A DNA stretch of 64,000 bases from Eukaryota sp. TZLM1-RC (lineage: Eukaryota; Protista; Metamonada: BaSk clade): NCBI GenBank assembly GCA_040285825.1, contig JAUPSS010000010.1:1114881-1178880 (forward strand). Direction: 5' to 3'. Position numbers and translations under genes: made by a program. Each line of letters begins with the position of its first letter. The stretch's first letter is position 1. This document shows, one piece after another, positions 22,810 through 32,633 of this stretch. The notes beneath the pieces were generated by a model. That model did no database searches, had not been told where the DNA came from, and saw only the letters and a list, made by a program, of their open reading frames with translations.

Positions 22810-22880
22810 TTCCTCCATTCCCTTATACGGTTTCCTTTTCAGGATCACAGCGCCCGAAGGCAATACATGGATACAAACAA
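22810..22880 (-). ncRNA. Candidate Fanzor omegaRNA scaffold
   Basis: Immediately 3' of the Fanzor stop; minus strand has GCC-UUCG-GGC (22861-22852) and UCCU-GAAA-AGGA (22844-22833) hairpins enclosed by UCCAU/AUGGA (22871-22867/22818-22814); ends unknown. Confidence 0.55.
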
Positions 22881-22883
22881 CTA

Positions 22884-24819
22884 TCACTCTCTCACCTCCC
22901 TTCTAAATGTCTCTGGTCTGATCCCAGTAAAATGTTCAGAAATCGCAATCTCTAGCTGATTTCTTGAAGCGGAAATGTCTCTAGACCAGCGTTCATCACA
23001 TCTAGGACATTCAAAGTAAGCATTATTGATTCTTCGAGTGCCTTCATGATACACCTTCCTGTGATCTACCTTGCAACAATTGGTTTTGGCAGATGTCATG
23101 TATTCATCTCCAACCTTCACATTGGCAAAGTATTTCTTTACTTCTGTCAGAAACTTCTTAGTTGGGGCTTTGGTGGATTGTCGAGAAGGTCCATTACCGC
23201 CATTACCAAACCAAATAATAGTCTCCCTGTTATTAGCTAGTCTCTTAATTTTGTTAATGAAATGAATGAACCTTTTTTGTCTTCTTATCACAAAATCAAA
23301 CTTATTTCGTCTCAAAATTCTCTCTGTACTATTGGTCAAAGTTTGGGAAACCAAAGAAATTGTTTCCTGCTCATCATTCATTATCAGTGAAGCTATTTCA
23401 ATGAGATACCTGTTGAAGCTCTCAACGGAATAAGTGTTCACAGAGGATTGAGTGAGTGGCTGGGGAAAATCAATTACTTTTGCTTTCGGATTCAGTAGAA
23501 TTCCAGATTGTTCAACAATTACCCTATTCTCTTGTGAACAATGTCCAGTTGTCCAACCACATAAATTTGAATGGTTTGGATCAATCGCCACGAAAAAAAG
23601 GTCTTCTCTGATGGGAAGATCCTGCGAGCAATCTTGAGACCGTCTCGCAATTTTCCTCGGTCGGTTAGCTCGCCCATTTATTCTCTTATTTCGTTTTCTA
23701 GTGGACTCTCTGAAATAAGGACGACTTTGACCCAATGCTTGAATTTCAGAATTTTTTCGCCTGGTGCACGTCTTTTTGGGTTTCTTTGAAAAAGTGAAGC
23801 GCAATGAGAGTCCATTGCTAGAAATTGAGAAAGTTTTAAATTTTTTCTTGTTAAAAAACTTAAAAGGGTTCCGTAATAATTGTTGGTTAGGATTCAATTT
23901 TTTGAAATATTCTAGAGCTTGTTGATTAAAAGGAACAAACCCTGGAACTTTGGTGGCAATTGGGGATAAGGCATGTCTTCGAAATACATTTGGGCATGTA
24001 CTTTCTAGACGATGTAAAATTGCCAATCCCCAATGGCTTATCAACCAACAATTATAAACAGTGACATCCAATTCATCACGCCTCAGGGCACGCGTATACA
24101 AATCATTAGATGTTACTGTTTGGTTCCAAATTTCGGAAATATGAAAATGATATTCATCATACCATTGTCTTAAATTTGCAGAAATTGTGGAACCGGAAAC
24201 CACACAACTGGCATACTTTGATGGAGCAGGACACTCCATCTGCTTACCCATAGACCTGAAGAAATTCAGTTTCCAGGTCACAGGGCCATCGGTCAGCAGC
24301 TGTCTGTGAGCTGATTCGAGTTGAACAGCTCTATTGCTAAAAAGAGCAGCCTGACAAAAGGGTGGATGTTCTTGGCCCTCTACTAACGGAGGCCACGGCC
24401 AGGTAGCACTTGATGTCATATGCGTAAGAGCCTCATAGACATCAGGGTTAGTGCTCTTGAAAGGCTCCCTAATTTTAGGTCGACTGTGGGTGACGCAGTC
24501 GAAGCACTGCGACCAGAATTGACGGTGAGCGAGCCAGCAGGACAGATGCGGATATTCTAATAGAAGCTTTCTTGCCAATAAGGTGGCATAGAAAGCAACA
24601 TCTCGTAAGTGAATAAGGCACAGTCGTGGTTGTGGCAGACGGGAGAGGGTCTGGTGGCGGGCGAACTGGAACTGGGAGTGGCCTTTCGCCCTCATTTAAG
24701 CCAGTACTTGGGTGGTGCACTGCTTCTGGAATCCAACCATTATCATCTGGTGATGACACTTGTCTCTGAGGACAAGTACGTCGGTTGTGGGTGGCCGCCC
24801 GGCAGACGGAACACGGCAT
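22884..24819 (-). CDS. Fanzor (eukaryotic TnpB-like RNA-guided RuvC endonuclease), Fanzor1-like; N-terminal CCHC knuckle segment in a different frame (shift near 24600)
   Basis: RuvC-I FVAIDPN, IWFGNG..P..KF, RuvC-II GDEYMTS, zinc motif NCC...CPRC, RuvC-III SRDISASRN, terminal RPETFRR; upstream ORF 24475..24831 encodes CSVCRAATHNRRTC from ATG 24819. Confidence 0.85.
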
Positions 24820-25152
24820 AGTGTCAGACAATCAGAAATGATTGATTGTTGAGTTTGGGTTATTTTCAAAATTTGGTGTCGATGTCGACAACTTTTCTTC
24901 TATTTGCTATATTGAAATAAAGATTGTTTAAACAGTTTATTAAAGGTACATCTATCGAGACATCAGGTTTCTGTTGTGTTTCTCTCTTGAAAGCAGCATG
25001 TTGTGTCACTGATGTTGGTAATTGGGTTTCAAATGGTTTGCTGTCGGTTTCATCATCCAAAATTCATCTTTATCAAACTTTTTCTTTGTTTTTCATCTCA
25101 ACATTCAAAGTTTTCACAATATCAGCTTCTTTGTCTTTCTCATATCTCAACA

Positions 25153-26574
25153 ATGACTATAGCAGATTCTATCGTTCTTTGTTTCATGTGCCTATTCACA
25201 GTTGCTCTTTCTGTGGGCAGTTTCTGGTTCCGTTTCTGGAATGTTAGTTTGATCCACGAAATTCTCATAGTCCAATTTTCTATTTTTGTATTCACATGTT
25301 TGTATGTTGTTGTGCGATTTCTTCGTCGTTTCCCAGGAAGTTTTTTCAAAGATGTTGATAACTCGTGTTGCATGTCTGATGCTGTCATTTTGGCAGTTGT
25401 TGCGTCGATCTTTCTCATCAGTACTGGCTTTCTCACGTACAACTTTGAAGAAGCGTTCACATTTTGGTATCAGTTGGTTGTTTATGGCGCTGCTATCACT
25501 TGTCTGCTTATGATACTTCCCTTCCTTAGAAAGCTTGGACTGGACGAAAAGGTTGTTTTTGCCCTTTTCACTTGGCTCGTCACAATACTTTCCGTGGTTT
25601 TACTCAACATATCTCACTATCGTCATGCACCCCCTGTTTTGAACTCCATTCTGGAGACACACACGCTGGGTGATTTCTCCCCCATTGGTGTTTCACTTCC
25701 ACCTTTCAATCGAACTGTTAACCTAGACCTTATGGATACCATCAGTCGTGCAAGCGACACACTGCTGGTAGTTCTTGCTGGGCAACCTGGTTGTGGAAAA
25801 TCTGTTGCATTGTATAAGTTTCTAGAAAAGCGAAATGTTCTTTGGTTGTCCGGAAGAACTTCCATTTGTCGTAATCTGAAGACTATTGGCTTAAATGTCA
25901 ATCAATTAAGCGAAGAAGAGTGCTTGTTTATGGCACAGGATGCCCTTGATTCCAACAAGTTTACTTTGGTCATTGACGATGTCCAGGTCTTACAAAAGGA
26001 TTCCCCAATGGTGGGTCTGTTCCGACACTTTGGATCTCATACAAGTCTTCCATTCCCCATTTATTTTACGGCCTCTGATTGGTCTACTTACTACGCCACC
26101 ATCTATCCAATGATTCGCAGAGTGGTGTCACTTCATTGGTTCAGTTATCCTCCTGATGAACAAATCCTAAACCTCACCACTAAATTGGGAATAGATTTTA
26201 ATAAGACAATGCGAGATGTTGGCCCATCTCCACGACTGATTCAAGGTTATGCTAATGATTCTTCAGCTATCGTATCTGGATGTGTTGAAATTGTAAATGT
26301 TTTTGCAACTTTTCCAGACCAGCTCAAAACCATCATTTATGATGTCACCAATTTGACTTTCAACGACCGAGAGTCAATACGTAAATTCAATTACTCAGAC
26401 GGTGTTTACAATTTAGTTGACCAAAACTTTTTGATTGTTGGCCTTGGTGGACTCGGCTTCCATAACCCTTTAATCCGTCGTGCAGCTTGTACCTTCTTTA
26501 CCAGTTCTAACTTGTCCATGGATAGCTGCGAATTTGTCTCTAGTTGTAATGAAATCAAACCATATAGTATATAA
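25153..26574 (+). CDS. Membrane-anchored P-loop ATPase (about 5 N-terminal TM helices plus AAA+/STAND-like NTPase)
   Basis: Walker A GQPGCGKS, Walker B LVIDDVQ, VGPSPRLI GxP-like motif; ATG at 25153 (MTIADS). Confidence 0.75.
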   Translation: MTIADSIVLCFMCLFTVALSVGSFWFRFWNVSLIHEILIVQFSIFVFTCLYVVVRFLRRFPGSFFKDVDNSCCMSDAVILAVVASIFLISTGFLTYNFEEAFTFWYQLVVYGAAITCLLMILPFLRKLGLDEKVVFALFTWLVTILSVVLLNISHYRHAPPVLNSILETHTLGDFSPIGVSLPPFNRTVNLDLMDTISRASDTLLVVLAGQPGCGKSVALYKFLEKRNVLWLSGRTSICRNLKTIGLNVNQLSEEECLFMAQDALDSNKFTLVIDDVQVLQKDSPMVGLFRHFGSHTSLPFPIYFTASDWSTYYATIYPMIRRVVSLHWFSYPPDEQILNLTTKLGIDFNKTMRDVGPSPRLIQGYANDSSAIVSGCVEIVNVFATFPDQLKTIIYDVTNLTFNDRESIRKFNYSDGVYNLVDQNFLIVGLGGLGFHNPLIRRAACTFFTSSNLSMDSCEFVSSCNEIKPYSI

Positions 26575-26772
26575 TATTGTGACTTTGTTACATTAAATTT
26601 TTGACCAATACTTCTAATATAGTTGGCGGTTATCATTACCTATAGGAGAGTAACTATAGTTGATGCGACCTAAACAGTAACAGTATCGATTTCTGAAATA
26701 ACAAGGATCGGTAGGAGTTCCTTGTGTAGTGAATAATCTGCTGCTTGGTCGTGTTCGTTGACTGCCTCTGCT

Positions 26773-27258
26773 GTATACTGTGATTGGATTGATAATTCTG
26801 AAGCTATTGTTGACTTTGTCTCATGTTGTGTTGCAAATGATTCTTTGGTTCACTGAAGAAAACATAATCCTGTGACTGCTCTTGATTTTAAAGCAAAAGA
26901 GAAACATAGAAAATATGATAAAGATATTGAAATGGCTAATGCTGGTAGAAATACACAGCTAGTGTTTATTGCTTTCCAATTTTCGAAAAACAAAAGACTA
27001 TCAGATGAAGCAGAAATTTTTTTGAATGATTTCCAAAAGATGGTTCAAGAAAAATCAATGAAAAGATTTTATATTTTTTATGGCGTTCACGGATTCAATT
27101 TGCCATTATTAACAGATTACCTCAGTTTTTCAATCGAATAAGTGAAGCTTTAGCTAGACAGCAAACAGATCCAGATTTTGTAGAGGAAATCTTGGTTCAA
27201 TGATAGTCGTCCCATTAGTTATGAGTTTAATTTAATTAAGTGTGCATGTTCAATAAAC
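26773..27258 (+). mobile_element. 5'-truncated retrotransposon family A copy
   Basis: Begins at gtatactgtgattggattgataattctgaagc and runs to the conserved 3' end gtgtgcatgttcaataaa; contains stops and frameshifts. Confidence 0.85.
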
Positions 27259-27565
27259 AAGTATGATATTGATAGGAATATTCAAATATAATCTCAGTTT
27301 TGTTACAAACGCTTCATTAGTGGCACACAATCCAAATCTTCGTGGTACAATGGTTGCAAATAGTGAAGAATCTGATGACTTGTTTTCACAAACACCTTTT
27401 TCCAATAACAATGAGTGAACATCTTGATTTAAAACAGCCAAGCTGCATATATTATTATAAAAATCATTTTCATACATTCCAGTCAATTGTTTCCGTAATG
27501 CTCGAAAACTGTACTTAAAATTTAAAACATTCTTTTCTAGAATATTGCCATTGAATGGTTGGATA
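27259..27565 (-). mobile_element. Internal fragment of retrotransposon family A, inverted against the preceding copy
   Basis: FNGNILEKNVLN...VPRRFGLCATNEAFVTKLRLYLNIPIN matches 12820-13110. Confidence 0.85.
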
Positions 27566-27954
27566 GTGGATACAACGCGATCTATTTTTTTTAAAATTTC
27601 AAGAAATATTCGTTGTTCACAAATAGTGCTCTTCACAATGATAAAAATTGTTCAAATATTGGAAAGTCTTTTTAAGTGTTGATGGATTCCTTATAGATTT
27701 GAGATCCTCCTTAGTAGTGATTGTAGAGGAGGAGGTCAACTGACGCTTTCAACATTTCGTTTACATTCAACATAGGTGATCAGAACATCAATTGGTTATA
27801 ATGATGAATTAATGCAGCAAAAAACCTCATTCTTCATTATATTTATTGAATAGTTGGAAAACATGTTTTTGGGATACTGTTGTCAAAACTGGGAATTATT
27901 TTATTTAACAATTATTTTTCTGCTTTATAAGAAATATAAAATCATGAAATACAT

Positions 27955-28250
27955 AATTAAAACTCCACATCCTCAAAACCTGCCTCCCCTACATCAAAAC
28001 AATTGATTACCAAAGATTCAGAAAATTTCCCAAATGAAGAGAGTGAATCAGAAATTAGTTTCACCACTCTCTGAATAATAGAAAATACAATCCTGTTTTG
28101 CCAGTAAACAGGATTGAAACTTCTTCCAGTTTATTCCTTTCCAACTACATCGAATACCTCGAGGAAAGCCATAGCAGCCTTATCTAAAGATCCGAGCAAA
28201 GAAAAAAAGAAAGTGACATAGATTATATCGGACATGAAGATTCTCGTTGA
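27955..28250 (-). mobile_element. Retrotransposon family B 3' fragment
   Basis: Minus-strand translation FSLLGSLDKAAMAFLEVFD...FNPVYWQNRIVFSII...AGFEDVEF. Confidence 0.7.
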
Positions 28251-28348
28251 CAGAAGTAGTTATTTTTGGGGGTTTGTAAGGAAGTTCCAAAATTCCTTAA
28301 ATTCCTTAAATAATTGGTTCAAAAAATTCCTTCCTCAAAGAATTCCTA

Positions 28349-29509
28349 ATGCGTATTCTTCATCGTGCCTTCGAGAAGGGTGGATCAGGCTTAATCAAAA
28401 TCGTTACTGAAAATGAAGATGATGTTTACGTCATCTACAACATACTTGAACCTCGTGATATTGTTACTTCCAGTACACATAGAAAAGTATCTCGAGAAAC
28501 AGCCTCTGGATCATCAGATAGCAAACGCCTTCGCATAACAATCTCAATAGATGTTGAACAAATCGACTTTGACTCTGAAACAACTCAGATTAGACTCAAT
28601 GGTAAAACCACTAAAGCACACGAACATGTGAAACAAGGCTCTTACCAGTCCATAGACATTGGCACAAACAATACCTTCTCTATTGAAAAAGCGTACTGGG
28701 ATCAAGTCCACATTGACGCTCTGAACGAAGCGGTTTCATCTGCATCTAAATCAGACGTTGGGGCCCTAGTGGCTGAGCCTGGTCTTTGCAACGTAGCCGT
28801 CCTTACTCGCTCAATGCTGAGGAGGTTACTCAAAATAGAACAAAGCCTACCCAAGAAAAGAGGTGCTGGTTCCGTGGCTTCTTATAACAAAAACTTTGAA
28901 AAGTTTCTTAATAAGATTTATGCTGCTGTTAACCAGCATTTTAACTTTGAAGAGATTAAGGTTGTTCTAGTTGGTTCTCCTGGACATTTGTCTGATCAAA
29001 TTGTACAACATTTGAAAGAAAAAGCAGTGAATGAAGGGAATTCTGTTTTGGTTAATTCAATTTCTAAATTTGTCACATGCAACACATCCTCTGGTCATCT
29101 CGGTTCTCTTTACAATTGTTTGAATGACCCAATAGTTTCAAAACTTCTGTCAGAGACCAAGGCGGCAAGGGAGGCGTCAATCTTGAATAGCTTCATTGAA
29201 CTTTTGGCAAAAGATCCTGATAAATGCCAATATGGGGTTCGTGCTGCATTCCTATCCGCTGAGTCATATGCTATTAAGGACCTGCTTATTGTTGATTCTC
29301 TTTTCCGTACACCCGATAAAGCAAGAAGAAGGCAGCTGGTGGAGATGGTGGAGAGTGTACGACATGGAGGTGGTGAGGTGTTTGTGTTGTCTTCGTTATT
29401 GGATAGTGGTAAGAGGCTTGCTGATATGGGTGGCGTTGCCTGTATCTTGAAGTTTGCAATTCCAGAATTAGCAGAGCTTTCTAGTTCAGAATCCGAAAGT
29501 GAGTGTTAG
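28349..29509 (+). CDS. PELO: Pelota/Dom34 ribosome rescue factor
   Basis: ENEDDVYVIYNI..RDIV.SSTHRKV, IEQSLPKKRG, LVGSPG, LLIVDSLFR, GKRLADMGGVACILKF; eRF1-like domains. Confidence 0.95.
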   Translation: MRILHRAFEKGGSGLIKIVTENEDDVYVIYNILEPRDIVTSSTHRKVSRETASGSSDSKRLRITISIDVEQIDFDSETTQIRLNGKTTKAHEHVKQGSYQSIDIGTNNTFSIEKAYWDQVHIDALNEAVSSASKSDVGALVAEPGLCNVAVLTRSMLRRLLKIEQSLPKKRGAGSVASYNKNFEKFLNKIYAAVNQHFNFEEIKVVLVGSPGHLSDQIVQHLKEKAVNEGNSVLVNSISKFVTCNTSSGHLGSLYNCLNDPIVSKLLSETKAAREASILNSFIELLAKDPDKCQYGVRAAFLSAESYAIKDLLIVDSLFRTPDKARRRQLVEMVESVRHGGGEVFVLSSLLDSGKRLADMGGVACILKFAIPELAELSSSESESEC

Positions 29510-30142
29510 CTTATAGTTTTTTTTTGGTTATTGTTTTAATTAGGGTGGATTTTGAGAAACATTTTGGTTCTATTAATCCAGAAGAGGTCAGATATTCAGG
29601 GATTACTGACCATAGTTTTTTCTTTTGACGGTTTTTTCTTTTCACGGCTTTTAATACACAAAATCCTCCTTGCTTAATGGTAATTTATCACCAAAGAAAT
29701 GAAATGCAGTTGCTGGAAAACTGAAACCATAAACTATCAGTGTTACTTATAGCACAAAACTCAATATGAATAGACATCCTTTATTGCAAACACAAACCCT
29801 CCAATCTCTAGTGTCTGGACGTAGCTTTTTCTCAGCAGTTGTTCCTCTTAACATATTTCTTTCATTCAAATTTAATATAGCTCATGTGGTCCCAATCGAC
29901 TTTGCTTTTTTCATTGATAACTTCTTCTGTTCATACCCTGCTTTAAATGTTGTGGATATGTGATTTCAATGTTGATACAATGAACAGTGTTATAGACTAC
30001 ACAAAGTCTCCAAGCACTAAGACAAACAGTAATGTGTTGGTGTTTCTAAATCTGGTAAATTATCACATCATCTCACAATTTCTACTGTAGATTGTCCTCA
30101 AAACCCACACAACCTTGCTTTAACTTACTCTTCTGCTTCCAA

Positions 30143-32322
30143 ATGGTTCTTGTACAGAATGATATCGAAAACTTAGTCGAACAACCTCCAATGTTTTGCT
30201 ACCAATGTGAACAAGCTGGTAGTGGTCCTAATGCCGAAAAAGGATGCTTCACAAGCAGAGGTGTCTGTTCCAAGGATCATGAACTTTCTGCCCTTTTTGA
30301 TAACGTGATCGCTGCTGCTTTTCACCTCGCGATTCATGCTCGCCCCATCGTAGATCAGGACGAGAAGATTCCGAAAGAGTGGACTCATGCCCTCACCACA
30401 GGTTTCTTTCTCACCCTTACGTATGATATTTTTCATGATCTTACTTTAGCAATGTCGACTTTGATCATGAACGAGTTCCTGAGTATATCCATAACCTTTA
30501 CAAGTGTGCACAAGAAGCTAAGCAAATGCTACAAAGCCGCAACCTACAACCGTTTCAGTATCCTGGAGAATTTGGTGAAAAGGATTCATTCCAACTACGT
30601 GACTATAGTCCCGCAACAACACTTGACGAGTTGAAAGAACAGGGTAGACACTTTGGTGTATATAGACGTCTCAAGAACCAAGGTGTGACAGTGACCGGTA
30701 TGTTTTTAACACTCCTTGTTTACTGAAGGTCTCCAGGAAGTTTCTCTTTATGGTACGGTTTTGTCCGCACTCTCATTTCAGGAATCAAGGGGATCGGTGC
30801 GTACTCTCATCACACAGAAATGCTCGGTGGTGATGTTACTAATGATGGTGTTGGCATTGTTCGCATTTTGACTGACATTTTGAAAGGTGAAAAACATCCC
30901 TTAGAAATTGCCAAGGAAACAGGAAAGCTAAACCTGGATACCATGACTAGATTGGACTCGGCCAATGTTGAGGCCTATGGTACTCCTAGTTTCACCAGAG
31001 TCAACTATGGTGTACGCCAGGGAAAAGCAATTTTAATGTCTGGTCATGACTTAAGAGATTTGGCATCTCTTTTGAAAGTGTGGTGTTTGGTTTCATTAAA
31101 TGCAGGCGACTGAGGGAACAGGAATCAATGTTTATACACACGGAGAGATGCTTATGGCTAATAGTTACCCTAAACTCCGAGAGTATAGCCATTTGGTTGG
31201 CAACTTTGGATCTGTATCGTAGTTGATCACTTACACTAACCTTAGGCTTGGTATGTCACTTCTCCTTTCCTGATTAAAGGCAAAATCAGCGGAAAGAATT
31301 CAGGTTTGTTCTGAAATATCCAACCTTACAACAGTTTATTCCCTGGACCAATTGTGGTTAATACTAATTGCATTATGCCCGCAGTATGTTGATTTCACTC
31401 AATTGTTGATCGTAGAGAGAAAATTGTATGACGAAGATTAATTAGTTAACTGCAGATAAGGACCGGTTATTTACCTGCAATTTGGTAGGTCTTCCAGGAG
31501 TCACCAATATCGACTATGTAGAGGGAAACTATCCGGAAAAAGATTGGACACCTGTCATTGAGATGGCAAAACAGCTGCCTGGGTTCGAAAGTGATGGACC
31601 TCCCGTTTTTGAAAACTTCTTGAATGACCAAGTCACTGGTGCGAACTGGAGGACAACAACGCCCCTCGTTCCTGCTGTTATAGACCTTGTGAAGACCGGT
31701 AAACTTCGCAGAGTTTGTTCAAAAATAGCGCTGTTTTCTCAACTTAGATTGTGTTTGTAGGTGGTTGTGATGGATCATATCCTGGTAGAAATTACTTCAC
31801 CAATGTTGCCCAGAACATCAAGGACAAGCATCCTGATGTTGCAATTGCCGGTTCTGCTTGCGGTGTGTATCGCTATGTAACAACAATGGACTTTGGTAAT
31901 ATACCTGGCACCGAGGTTCCAAGGTTCTTCCATTTAGGCCAATGTAACGGTTTGTAATACCCTAAATGACCTAACCTCAGACACAGTATGCTTCACTTTG
32001 CCCTTTTAACTTTAGTTTTCTGGAATTCAGCTTGTAGCTGCTGTTGCAAAAGAACTTGGAGCAGGATTGAATGATGTTCCTATCAGCTATGTATGTTCCT
32101 TGAACCATGACCTTATCCTAGTTTGTTTCTTGGTTTGAACAGAAAGCAGTCGGAATCTTGCTAACTTTGGTGTATTTAGGAATCAAGAACATTCGCCTGG
32201 GACCCAGGCTTCCTGCGTTCTTTTCACCTGAAGCTTTGTCAGTTTTGAAATCCGAACTTAATCTTATGCACATCTCAGATGATGCTGAAAAGGATTTGGA
32301 AGCAGCTTTGCGTGGTGAATAG
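30143..32322 (+). CDS. hcp: Hybrid-cluster protein (prismane / hydroxylamine-NO reductase), 14 exons
   Basis: MFCYQCEQ...GC...GVC, SGHDL, YTHGEML, NTNCI, GGCDG, GQCND, SWFEQKA. Frame is restored by introns 30421-30449, 30698-30728, 30753-30781, 31078-31105, 31214-31245, 31251-31279, 31304-31334, 31384-31415, 31426-31455, 31713-31747, 31950-31980, 31986-32015 and 32091-32121. Confidence 0.93.
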
Positions 32323-32633
32323 TATGGGTCTTTGTTTGGTTGTGTGTTTGTAAATTTTCTTCTTCCATATAGTTTATTATTACTGAAAATCTTGTTTTTT
32401 ATAATATCATTACTGTTAAATTATTTATAGATTCGTGTTCAATGTGAAGTTTCTAAAAGTTACTTCTGATACAACAGTTTTTGGCCAATGTTTTGTGGAT
32501 GATAAAAATACGAGGTTTCATCAAATAACATTGATCAAGGGCAAAAATCGAAAATCATTCATCTATTCTGAGAGAGTCGCACAACAACCCTCCACAACAA
32601 CCCCACAGAGGGTACTTTTATTAATTACTACAC

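Noticed and set aside
24651-24672. 22-nt GT..AG intron repairing the Fanzor frame
   Set aside because: Shorter than all other introns here, GC-rich, no GTATG/GTTTG donor or branch-like motif
26703-26730. Inverted repeat matching the omegaRNA-proximal end (about 22795-22824)
   Set aside because: Alignment needs several gaps; not distinguishable from chance by eye
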